From assembly GCA_964408995.1 (NCBI GenBank), contig CAYPBP010000002.1, positions 32,491 to 96,490 on the forward strand: DNA of 64,000 nucleotides. The letters run 5' to 3'. Every line of letters begins with the position of its first letter. The stretch's first letter is position 1. The stretch comes from an uncultured Gammaproteobacteria bacterium (lineage in GTDB: Bacteria; Patescibacteriota; Microgenomatia; UBA12405). Of the stretch, positions 38,097 to 46,556 are shown piece by piece. Position numbers and translations under genes: made by a program. The notes below the pieces were generated by a model. The model was not told the origin of the DNA and ran no database searches. It worked only from the letters and a program-made list of their open reading frames with translations.

Positions 38097-38672
38097 TTAT
38101 TTAATAAAAAATACAAAATTAAAAACAGTTCTGATTATTTCATTTAAAAAATCTGGGAAAAATAAATTTCTAGTTATGAACCAAATAATAATTCCAAACA
38201 AGATTCCACCAAGCATGTCTATTGGGTAATGAAAACCAGCTAAGACCCTAAAAGTGAGAAGTGGTATGACTATAATGAAAAATAAAGGTAATGAAATAAC
38301 TTGAGTAGAAATGATGAATAATAAAAAGAAAATTGTTTTTGTGGTGTGACCTGAAGGAAAAGAACCTGAGTAATACCAATTATTAACTAAACCAATTGGA
38401 GCAATTGAACGACGATTGAACATAGGACGAATCCAATATTTTTGTTTTTTCAAATATCTTTCGACTGTTTCAGCAATAACTGTGGCGATAAAAAGACGGC
38501 CAAAGAAATTAATATCAAAACTAATTAATTTATAAGAAATAAAGAAAAAGAATAACCAAATAGAGTAATTCAAAACAATCAAAGAAAACTCGCCTAATAA
38601 ATTGCGTTCAAAAATAGTTAAACAATCTTTTTTTGGTTGCCAAAAAATAAGCTTTTTTAGGTTTAAAGACAC
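38097..38672 (-). CDS. PAP2-family phosphatase (undecaprenyl/polyprenyl-diphosphate phosphatase-like)
   Basis: KxxxxxxRP (YWIRPMFNRR), SFPSGHT and RVLAGFHYPIDMLGG motifs. Confidence 0.75.
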   Translation of the reverse strand: MSLNLKKLIFWQPKKDCLTIFERNLLGEFSLIVLNYSIWLFFFFISYKLISFDINFFGRLFIATVIAETVERYLKKQKYWIRPMFNRRSIAPIGLVNNWYYSGSFPSGHTTKTIFFLLFIISTQVISLPLFFIIVIPLLTFRVLAGFHYPIDMLGGILFGIIIWFITRNLFFPDFLNEIIRTVFNFVFFIK

Positions 38673-38696
38673 ATAAACAGTTTACCATAAAGGTTA

Positions 38697-40496
38697 TTAT
38701 TTAAACTTTTTGAAAATAATTACTTTGGGATGATCGTAGACTGAAAAAGCCTCTTCAGCAATATCATCACGAAGATAAACTCCAGGATAAAGACAAGTAT
38801 TATCAACTTCAAACCATTTATTTTTAGTTTGAGAATAGGGAAAGTTGGTTGGCCCAATATAAATACAATTTTTTAAAAATGGAAGGGATAGGCCAGGATA
38901 AGAGTTAAATTCAATTTCTTTTTTGAAATCTGATTTGCCGTCAAAAAGATCTTGATAATATTTGGTAGCAATTGGATATCTGTTTGGAACAAGAGGAATA
39001 GAAGACCAGAGACGATTGGAAGTAAGAAAAATATAATCAGTCTTTTTTAAGGTTGAATTTATTTTTTGCCATTTTTCAGAAGTATCCGGATCATAAAGAT
39101 GAAGATTTTGGTTTTGGTAAGGATTAAAAGATAGAGGTAAAGCATCATCCCAATATTCATTGGCGATAGTTGAGGATGATGGAATATTTTTATAAATCCA
39201 ATTTGAGGCTTGAACGCGAGAGTGAGGTCGAGTGTAGATTGATATAAAGATAATGGCATAAGAAAAATGAAAGAACAAAATAAGATAAAGTATTTTTTTT
39301 GATAAATTATTTTGAAAGATTAAAGTGACAATTATGGTTATAAATGGATATATGACCAAGAAATATCTCATAGTAGCAGTGAACTGATTGCCTTGTTGTA
39401 TGAAAAGAAAAATAGTCCAAAAAATACAAAGGAAAATTGTAAAATTTTTAGAATTTAAAAATATTTTCTTAAAAACCCTCTTGTTGTCCCGCAGATGCGG
39501 GACAACTTTCTCCCTTAAAAAAGGAGACGTTATTTTTTGATATATATATTTTATAAAAAACAAAAGAAAAACAAAAGATAAAGGTAAACCTAGTCCCCAT
39601 AAAACAATATTTTTTAGCGGATATAAAATTGGAGTTTTACTGAGCCATTGAATTTCTGGGGGATAAAAAACATCTTTATTAATTAAAATTGATTTTAAAT
39701 ATACAAGACTTTTTATAAAGTCTGGATTAATCTTAATTAAAGAAATGAAACTATATGGCTGAAAAATACGAAAAACAATAAAAGAAATAAAAAGAGATAT
39801 AAATATTTTTAAAAAGATAAGAGTCTTCTTTTTAAAAATTTGATAAATAAAAAACAATAAAATAACAGGAGAAAAAAGAAATGCAGAAATTTTACAAGTT
39901 AAACTTAGACCAAAGGTAATAGAAGCAAAAATTAAAAAAATATTCTTATTAGTTTTTAGCCAATAAGAAAAACAAACAAATGATAGTAATATAAAAAAAG
40001 TAAGAAAAGTATCAACGGCAAAAAAATGTGAAAGTTGAATTGGCAAAACAGTAAAAGCATAAAGTAAACTTGGTAAAAATAAGAAAAACTTTTTGTTTTT
40101 GGAAATGAATAATTTTGCTAGAAAATATAAACTGAAAATATTGAGGGAATCAAAAACAGATGATAAAGCGCGACCTAATAAATGAATTTTGTCATAGCCT
40201 TCTATATTAAAAATATTACCCAATGTTTTAACTAAAAATAATGGGAAGGTGCCATAAACAAAAAAATTAAATTGTTGATAATTAAACGGATTTAAGGGTG
40301 AAGATTTGGTATCAAAATATTGAACAATGGAACTGGGAAATTCAATCGTAGAAATTATCATGGTTAAAAATCTTTCGTCTGGATGAAGATGCTGATTTTG
40401 ATCCCAATTTAGTCCAAAGAGACGAATTGATAGAGCTAAACAAAAGATAATAAAAACTATAAAAAGATGATGATTAAATATTTTTTTGACAAACAT
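38697..40496 (-). CDS. Polytopic GT-C-fold membrane glycosyltransferase-like protein (paralog 2, 599 aa)
   Basis: N-terminal loop GLNWDQNQHLHPDERFL (a DE motif after TM1), many TM helices, and a C-terminal domain homologous to that of paralog 3. Contains the in-frame GC-rich hairpin at 39483-39506. Confidence 0.55.
   Translation of the reverse strand: MFVKKIFNHHLFIVFIIFCLALSIRLFGLNWDQNQHLHPDERFLTMIISTIEFPSSIVQYFDTKSSPLNPFNYQQFNFFVYGTFPLFLVKTLGNIFNIEGYDKIHLLGRALSSVFDSLNIFSLYFLAKLFISKNKKFFLFLPSLLYAFTVLPIQLSHFFAVDTFLTFFILLSFVCFSYWLKTNKNIFLIFASITFGLSLTCKISAFLFSPVILLFFIYQIFKKKTLIFLKIFISLFISFIVFRIFQPYSFISLIKINPDFIKSLVYLKSILINKDVFYPPEIQWLSKTPILYPLKNIVLWGLGLPLSFVFLLFFIKYIYQKITSPFLREKVVPHLRDNKRVFKKIFLNSKNFTIFLCIFWTIFLFIQQGNQFTATMRYFLVIYPFITIIVTLIFQNNLSKKILYLILFFHFSYAIIFISIYTRPHSRVQASNWIYKNIPSSSTIANEYWDDALPLSFNPYQNQNLHLYDPDTSEKWQKINSTLKKTDYIFLTSNRLWSSIPLVPNRYPIATKYYQDLFDGKSDFKKEIEFNSYPGLSLPFLKNCIYIGPTNFPYSQTKNKWFEVDNTCLYPGVYLRDDIAEEAFSVYDHPKVIIFKKFK
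39483..39529. repeat. GC-rich palindrome (family B, copy 1) in-frame within the GT-C gene
   Basis: gttgtcccgcagatgcgggacaac, a 10-bp stem, then tttctcccttaaaaaaggagacg. Encodes ...REKVVPHLRDNK... Related to gtcccgcagcggcgggac at 51477-51494. Confidence 0.6.
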
Positions 40497-41103
40497 AAAA
40501 TACGTGAGGGTAAAAAAGACTAAAATATTTACCTTGTTTAATTATTTTAAAATTATTTTTTATTAATAGACTTTCTAATTGTAAATCAGATAGAAAATAA
40601 AGTGAAGAAAATTTGGTCATAATTAAATCGTGAATATAATTCCAATAGTATTTTAAAAGTGGTTTTGTGTTTATATCTTTGATAATTAAAAGTCCGTTTT
40701 TATTAAGCTTAAAAAAAGAATCTTTTAAAAAGATATTTTTTTGAGATGAATTAATGTGATGAAGTAAATCAATGGCAACAATAGCATCAAATTTTGATTG
40801 ATTATTGTCAATTAGATTTGAAGTTTCAAAAGAAATATTAGTTATGTTAGAAGAAACTTTTTTGGCCAAGGCAACCCTTACGGGGTTTAACTCTAGACCA
40901 ATAACTTTTCTTTTTTTGTTTTTGGCAAAAAATATTGAAGTAAATCCATATCCACAACCAACATCTAGAATATAACCTTTTTGAGGTAAAAGTTTATCTA
41001 TTTTTAAAACAGGCAAAATAATAAATCTAAGAAAAACATAAATTCTTGGCCAAAGAAATGGATATAAATTAATTATTGGAAAATATTTTTTGATAGTCAT
41101 CAT
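40474..41103 (-). CDS. Class I SAM-dependent methyltransferase
   Basis: Motif I ILDVGCGYGFTS. Confidence 0.75.
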   Translation of the reverse strand: MMTIKKYFPIINLYPFLWPRIYVFLRFIILPVLKIDKLLPQKGYILDVGCGYGFTSIFFAKNKKRKVIGLELNPVRVALAKKVSSNITNISFETSNLIDNNQSKFDAIVAIDLLHHINSSQKNIFLKDSFFKLNKNGLLIIKDINTKPLLKYYWNYIHDLIMTKFSSLYFLSDLQLESLLIKNNFKIIKQGKYFSLFYPHVFYVCQKNI

Positions 41104-42649
41104 AAGTGAGATTATTAATTTTTTTGTAAATTCTTATGGTCGGATTATCAAAAACAGACCAAGTTTCTTCAGCGTTTTCAGAGTTTAAAATAAAATCTTT
41201 TTGGTTATTAAATTTTTTAATTTCTTGAAATCCTAATTTACCTGAAAATAAATTTTGATAATATTTAAAAGATAAAGGATAGTTTTTGTTATTTTGATTT
41301 TTAAAAACTCGGCGAGAAGGAATAATGATGTAATCACTTTTAAATAAATCCATTAATAAATCATTTTGGTTTTGGTTATTGTAAAAATCAAAATGATTAA
41401 CATTAATTTTTGAATTGGAAATGGGAATATTAACTACATTGCCAGATTCTGAAAAAACATAAGAATTTAAAGGAATATTGGAATTAATCCAACTTGAAGC
41501 AACTACCCTGTTGTCTGGCTTAAAATATTTTGAAACAAAATAAATACCAGGACTAATCATTAGCATAACTAAAACAAAAGTTAGATAATTATTTTTAATT
41601 TTTTTTATAAAATAGAGACAAAAAAATGAACCAATAAAAAATAATGGTGACATAAAACGAGACCATTTAATAAAGAGTTGGCCACTGTAAAGAAAATAAA
41701 TTACTGAAGGAAATAAAATTATTAATAATTTATTTTTATTAGTTGATATTAATTTTTTAGTATTTAGTATGAAAATAATAAATCCAATAAAAGAAAACAA
41801 ATAAATGAATATGCCATTGGCATATGGAAAAATATTTTTAAACTGGAAAATATAAGGAATAGTATTTTCAAACTGACGAGTGTAAAAAACTTTTGACTGA
41901 CCAGTGGCAATTGAAGTTTCATAAATCATAGTTGATTTAAAGTTAGAAAAATCAATAAGATTAAATGGTGAAAAGAGAATTGATAATAATAAAAATAGAA
42001 ATGTAAAAATTATTGAACTTAAAATGAAATTAAGAAATTTTTTATTTTTTAATAAAACTAAAAATAAAGATAAATAGATTGGTAAGACAAAAAAGACAGC
42101 TGTTATTTTTGAAGCAAGACCGAGTGCACTAATTAAAATAGAAAAAAATAAATATATTTTTTTTTGATTTTTAAGATAATTTAGAGATAAATAAATGTTG
42201 ACTGAAAATACAAAAATCAAAATCGATTCGGTGGTACCAAAGTGAGCAGACTGAATAAGCCCTGGAGTAAAAATAAGGAGTAAGGCAAATAAATAAGCAA
42301 TTTTTTTTAAAGAAAAAATATTTTTAGCAATTAAATAAAAAAATAAAATTGATAGAGATGAAAAAAGAGCTGACCAAAAACGCATGGTCAAAACTATACT
42401 AGAAAAATCATGTTTAAAAGTGGTAAAAAAAGTTAAAAAAAGTGGAAACTGACCATAGGCAAAGAAATTGGGATGGAGATTTTCAAAACTCATCTGAGCC
42501 ACTGAGGTGGCCATATTATTTTCATCAGGATTAAAGAAAAAATCATTGCCCCAATTTAGAAAACAAAAACGAGTAAATATCGTAAGTATTAATAGAAAAA
42601 TTGGAATTAATAGTTTTTTATCTTTATTAAATTGCATAGACAATACCAA
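41069..42649 (-). CDS. Polytopic GT-C-fold membrane glycosyltransferase-like protein (paralog 3, 526 aa)
   Basis: GNDFFFNPDENN loop after TM1, many TM helices, and a C-terminal ...KYYQNLFSGKLGF...EETWSVFDNPTIRIYKK similar to paralog 2. Confidence 0.55.
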   Translation of the reverse strand: MVLSMQFNKDKKLLIPIFLLILTIFTRFCFLNWGNDFFFNPDENNMATSVAQMSFENLHPNFFAYGQFPLFLTFFTTFKHDFSSIVLTMRFWSALFSSLSILFFYLIAKNIFSLKKIAYLFALLLIFTPGLIQSAHFGTTESILIFVFSVNIYLSLNYLKNQKKIYLFFSILISALGLASKITAVFFVLPIYLSLFLVLLKNKKFLNFILSSIIFTFLFLLLSILFSPFNLIDFSNFKSTMIYETSIATGQSKVFYTRQFENTIPYIFQFKNIFPYANGIFIYLFSFIGFIIFILNTKKLISTNKNKLLIILFPSVIYFLYSGQLFIKWSRFMSPLFFIGSFFCLYFIKKIKNNYLTFVLVMLMISPGIYFVSKYFKPDNRVVASSWINSNIPLNSYVFSESGNVVNIPISNSKINVNHFDFYNNQNQNDLLMDLFKSDYIIIPSRRVFKNQNNKNYPLSFKYYQNLFSGKLGFQEIKKFNNQKDFILNSENAEETWSVFDNPTIRIYKKINNLTYDDYQKIFSNN

Positions 42650-43565
42650 TTATTATCAGCCCCCATGTTAGGACTGAAAGTAAAAGAGGTATATCAGTAG
42701 CAATTGCCCTTTCTGGTCTCTCACCTTCTTGCATCTCAAAAATAATTTGACCATAACGCATGATGCCAAAAATAACTGGTAGAAGAGTGATCATATACCA
42801 TTTTCTATTAAGAGCATTTGGGAAATTTTCTAAAATAAAATTGTGTAATACACCAGAACCAGCAAAACTAATTGATTCTTCGAAAAAAGTAAACATGGCA
42901 TAAGTAATTAAAGTACAAACAGCAAACATAGTGGTGTAAAAATTTAATAAATTTTTACCATAACCAATTAAAGAAGATCTCGTCTTAATGCCAGTATTTA
43001 TTAACTCACTACGTCTTTTTCCGCTAGCAATAAATAAAGATAGAAAAATGACAGTTAACATAATCCAAACTGGAAGATGATAACCAGTAACAATTTCTCC
43101 AGCATAAGCTCTTATTATAAAAAATAAGGCTATGCCAACAATGTCTATAATGGCTTTCTTTTTGAATAAAAATGAATAAGAATATTGAAGTAAAATAAAA
43201 ATTAAAGAAATAATAAAGAAAGCATAATTAGTAAAAACAGCAATTCCTAAACCAGAAAAAAGAAGACAAAAAGAAATAAAAATAGCTAAATGTTCTGGAA
43301 TCTCACCGCTGGCAATAGGTCTATATTTTTTAACAGGATGAAGTCGATCTTTATCTATATCGATAAGGTCGTTAATGATATACGAAGAAGAAGACAATAA
43401 ACAAAATGTTACAAAAGCGAGAAAGTTTTTGATAAATAACTCAATATTAAATAATTGACCATTTAAAATTAAGGCAGCAAAAATACTTAAATTCTTTATC
43501 CATTGAATTGGACGAAGTTCTTTGAAAATAGAAACTATAATCTTATGCTTTGGCATTGATAACAT
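42627..43565 (-). CDS. UbiA-family prenyltransferase (decaprenyl-phosphate phosphoribosyltransferase-like)
   Basis: NDLIDIDKDRLHPVKKYRPIASG (NDxxDxxxD) and a second Asp-rich motif. 8-9 TM helices. Confidence 0.75.
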   Translation of the reverse strand: MLSMPKHKIIVSIFKELRPIQWIKNLSIFAALILNGQLFNIELFIKNFLAFVTFCLLSSSSYIINDLIDIDKDRLHPVKKYRPIASGEIPEHLAIFISFCLLFSGLGIAVFTNYAFFIISLIFILLQYSYSFLFKKKAIIDIVGIALFFIIRAYAGEIVTGYHLPVWIMLTVIFLSLFIASGKRRSELINTGIKTRSSLIGYGKNLLNFYTTMFAVCTLITYAMFTFFEESISFAGSGVLHNFILENFPNALNRKWYMITLLPVIFGIMRYGQIIFEMQEGERPERAIATDIPLLLSVLTWGLIIIGIVYAI

Positions 43566-43602
43566 ATCATACCATTGAAAAGTCTTCTGCTTAAATTTAA
43601 TT

Positions 43603-44916
43603 TTATTTTTTCTTTAGAGTTAAGAATGAAAAAGAAACAAAAAGAAGAGATATTATGGATAATAAAATTGTTGGAACTAAGCTTCCAGTGACTGGAACTC
43701 CAGAACTAGTGCTTGGTAGAGTCGTAGTATTACGAGCAACTGCTGTAGGAATTGCGGTTGGAATTAGAGTTGGAACTACAGTTGGTTTAACTGTAGGAAT
43801 TGCGGTTGGAATTAGAGTTGGAGTTGGAGTAGTAGCTGATGGTGAAGCCGAATAAGATAATGGACTATCAGTGGCTAAAACAGTAAATTTTCTAGAAATA
43901 ATTTTTTCAATTCCATCTTGTATAACAGTAACTGTAATTGTGTGTTCACCTGGAGTTAAGTTTTTGGGTGGTGACCAATTCCAAGAACCATCGTCTTTTG
44001 TTTTAACTTCGCCAGTGTAAACAACTGGTGATTCAACTTTTATTTTAATTTTGGAATTGGCAGGACCAGTACCAAAAAAATCGGGCTTTTTGGTTGATAA
44101 AGATTCATTATCTTTTGGATTTAAAATATCTAGCTCTTTAGCTTTTGGCATTGGATCGATAACAGGTAAGGAACCAACATTAGATTCAGAATCAAAATTA
44201 ACAGAAGAAGCTGAAAATTCATTTTGACCTAAAATAATGTCTGGACTAGGATTATTTCTAGAGGTATTGGAACTGATTTGAGTTATATTTTTTTCTTTAT
44301 CTATAACAACAATTTCTTGAGGTGTATTTTCTTTTGGAGTGAATCTATCAGTTGTCTCTTCATTAAAACTATTAGCTAAAGAAATATTCCAATTACCTGA
44401 AGATGTTACTAGAGCAGATAAGGGTGAAGCACCTGGAATATTAATAAACACTATTACCTTACTAGCTGCTTTTAATTCTGGAGTAAAAACTCTTCCCCAA
44501 GCTAAATTAGAAGATGGGGCTAAAGAATTTGGTTTCTGGGCTGTTTTGAATTTGTACAAAGACTCATTGTATTTTTTACCATCACTAATGATTGTATATT
44601 TATATTCAGTTTCGTCTTCTAGGTTAGAGATATCAAAATAATGTATTTTTGTTTTTTCATTGTCATCATTAGTAACTCCATTTCTAATGTTTTGATTATT
44701 AATTGATAAATTAGACAAACATTCAGCTTCTGTTGTAAAAGAAATAGAAACTGAATTATTAGTTATATTTGTTATTTGAGTGTTTTTAGGGATACAGTCA
44801 CTACTAGCTTTGGAAACAACATTGGTGCCGTTATTGTTTAAAACAACACCGACATAAATTCCTCCTATTAAAATAATAAGACCTAAGATAGTAGGAATTC
44901 TTTTTTCTTTAAGCAT
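43603..44916 (-). CDS. Cell-surface protein with FN3/Ig-like domains, a P/T-rich stalk and a sortase-like C-terminal sorting signal
   Basis: N-terminal TM/signal, beta-rich repeats, (IPT/PTV) repeats, and a C-terminal ...LPSTSSGVPVTG + hydrophobic helix + KKK. Confidence 0.5.
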   Translation of the reverse strand: MLKEKRIPTILGLIILIGGIYVGVVLNNNGTNVVSKASSDCIPKNTQITNITNNSVSISFTTEAECLSNLSINNQNIRNGVTNDDNEKTKIHYFDISNLEDETEYKYTIISDGKKYNESLYKFKTAQKPNSLAPSSNLAWGRVFTPELKAASKVIVFINIPGASPLSALVTSSGNWNISLANSFNEETTDRFTPKENTPQEIVVIDKEKNITQISSNTSRNNPSPDIILGQNEFSASSVNFDSESNVGSLPVIDPMPKAKELDILNPKDNESLSTKKPDFFGTGPANSKIKIKVESPVVYTGEVKTKDDGSWNWSPPKNLTPGEHTITVTVIQDGIEKIISRKFTVLATDSPLSYSASPSATTPTPTLIPTAIPTVKPTVVPTLIPTAIPTAVARNTTTLPSTSSGVPVTGSLVPTILLSIISLLFVSFSFLTLKKK

Positions 44917-45369
44917 TTAAGGGTTTAAACCATATGATGTTTCATCATAATTTAATTCATCTGATGTTTCATCATAATTTAATTCATCTGATGTTTCATC
45001 ATAATTTAATTCATCTGATGTTTCATCATAATTTAATTCAATTAGTTCAACTGGGGTTGGTTCTGGAGTTGGTGTGGGTGTAGGAGTTGGTGTGGGTGTA
45101 GGAGTTGGATTGAAAACTGAAAAACTAAAATTTTCTTCTATATTTTTATTTCTTGATTCAATTTCGGACATTACAGATAAATCTAGATTCGGATTTATTT
45201 CTTTTAATAAAGAATTGTTTTCAACTTCTTTTTGAGGTTTTAGTAAGTTAAAATAACTTTTTTGGATTAAAAAAATAAAAACCGTCATCAAAGTAAGAAA
45301 AGAAATCAAAACAAAGTATAAAGAGAGTTTATTCTTTTTCATTATTGTCTGATAAAAAATATAAATCAT
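44917..45369 (-). CDS. Membrane-anchored repeat protein ((PT)n linker plus 4 repeats of ELNYDETSD)
   Basis: N-terminal TM, PTPTPTPTPTPTPEP, then four tandem nonapeptide repeats. Confidence 0.45.
   Translation of the reverse strand: MIYIFYQTIMKKNKLSLYFVLISFLTLMTVFIFLIQKSYFNLLKPQKEVENNSLLKEINPNLDLSVMSEIESRNKNIEENFSFSVFNPTPTPTPTPTPTPTPEPTPVELIELNYDETSDELNYDETSDELNYDETSDELNYDETSYGLNP
44932..45039. repeat. Tandem 27-bp coding repeat, 4 copies
   Basis: (c)atctgatgtttcatcataatttaattc, 4 copies, encoding ELNYDETSD on the minus strand. An adjacent 18-bp-period (PT) repeat lies at 45056-45112. Confidence 0.85.
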
Positions 45370-45964
45370 TAGAGAAATTTACTTTTATGTTCTTTGAATT
45401 AATTTGATTATCTTCTTTGGATGGCTGACTTAGTCTAATATTAGTAGTATTAATAACACGACGATTATTGAGTAATTTTTTGATCATGGCTATGACAGAA
45501 GAATATTCACCCTCACTATTAACATTAATCTGATAAGTTTTAACAGAATTATTTGTGGGGTCTTTGCCTTCATTCAAATTTAAGCTAATTTGCTTTATGT
45601 TTAAAGATGATTCTTTGGATATAGTACCTAGATTAGAGGCACTGTCGTAATATCTAGCTAAAGAAGGAATGGCATCTTCAATTAAGTAAGTTTTTTCTTG
45701 AATTTGAGAGTAAGATTCTTGGGCTTTAATAATATTTTCAACTTTTAAATCGACTTTTTTTATAAAAGATTCTTTTGACTTAATGTCTCCAATTAGAGAA
45801 GAAATTGTAGTGGTTGTTGGCATGATGGCAAAAAACAAGAATATAGCAACTAAACTAAAAGTACCACCAACTTCTAAATAATTCAGAAATTTTTCTTTTT
45901 CTGCTTGTTTCCTAATGTAATTATACATCGGCCGAAGCTGAAACCAAGTTTTATTATTTGTCAT
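45329..45964 (-). CDS. PilO-like type IV pilus assembly protein (tentative)
   Basis: Short cytoplasmic N-terminus, one TM helix, then a coiled-coil periplasmic domain. Sits next to the PilN-like gene. Confidence 0.35.
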   Translation of the reverse strand: MTNNKTWFQLRPMYNYIRKQAEKEKFLNYLEVGGTFSLVAIFLFFAIMPTTTTISSLIGDIKSKESFIKKVDLKVENIIKAQESYSQIQEKTYLIEDAIPSLARYYDSASNLGTISKESSLNIKQISLNLNEGKDPTNNSVKTYQINVNSEGEYSSVIAMIKKLLNNRRVINTTNIRLSQPSKEDNQINSKNIKVNFSNDLYFLSDNNEKE

Positions 45965-46539
45965 GTTTTACTGGCGGTTTGGGCCGATTTAAAAAGTAAA
46001 GTTAGAGAGATAGAATATTGATTTTCTTTCTCTTTTTTTTCAATTTTATTAATATTAACTTGATCAATACTAGGATTAACCATTAGGTTAGTGATAAAAG
46101 AAACTATACTTTCTTCTCTATAAGCGATAAGGGAAGTATTTATAGTGACTGTTTTTGATTTTTCATCTTTTGAAATTGATAACATCTCATAAAACAAATC
46201 TTCTGGAGTACTAGTCACTAAAGAATCTATTTGCTTATGGTATTCTGGTTGATTGTTGTAAGAATTTTTAATGTAGCTTAATTTTTGTTGTAATTTAACA
46301 AAATCTCCTTCAAAAGGAATAACGCTTTCTAAAATTGCTTGTTTTTGTCTAGATATTTCTGAAAGATCTGAATTTTTACGATCAAGCCAAAAACGAGAAA
46401 CAAAAGCTGAAATAACAATAAACTCAGTGATAATAATAGTTGCCCTACCTGCGGTAGTAATCCAATTGAAAAAGCGAACCCCAAACGAATTTGGATTCTC
46501 TGATTCAGGTAAAAGAGAAATTTCTTTCTTTATAGCCAT
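45961..46539 (-). CDS. PilN-like type IV pilus assembly protein (tentative)
   Basis: N-terminal ...EISLLPE (compare the PilN INLLP motif) followed by a TM helix and a periplasmic domain. Confidence 0.35.
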   Translation of the reverse strand: MAIKKEISLLPESENPNSFGVRFFNWITTAGRATIIITEFIVISAFVSRFWLDRKNSDLSEISRQKQAILESVIPFEGDFVKLQQKLSYIKNSYNNQPEYHKQIDSLVTSTPEDLFYEMLSISKDEKSKTVTINTSLIAYREESIVSFITNLMVNPSIDQVNINKIEKKEKENQYSISLTLLFKSAQTASKT

Positions 46540-46556
46540 ACATTCAGTATATACGA

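Noticed and set aside
43655-43855. Plus-strand GV-rich 66-aa ORF
   Set aside because: It is the antisense translation of the P/T-repeat region of the surface protein gene.
44932-45039. CRISPR array
   Set aside because: The repeats are contiguous with no spacers, lie inside an ORF, and no cas genes are present.
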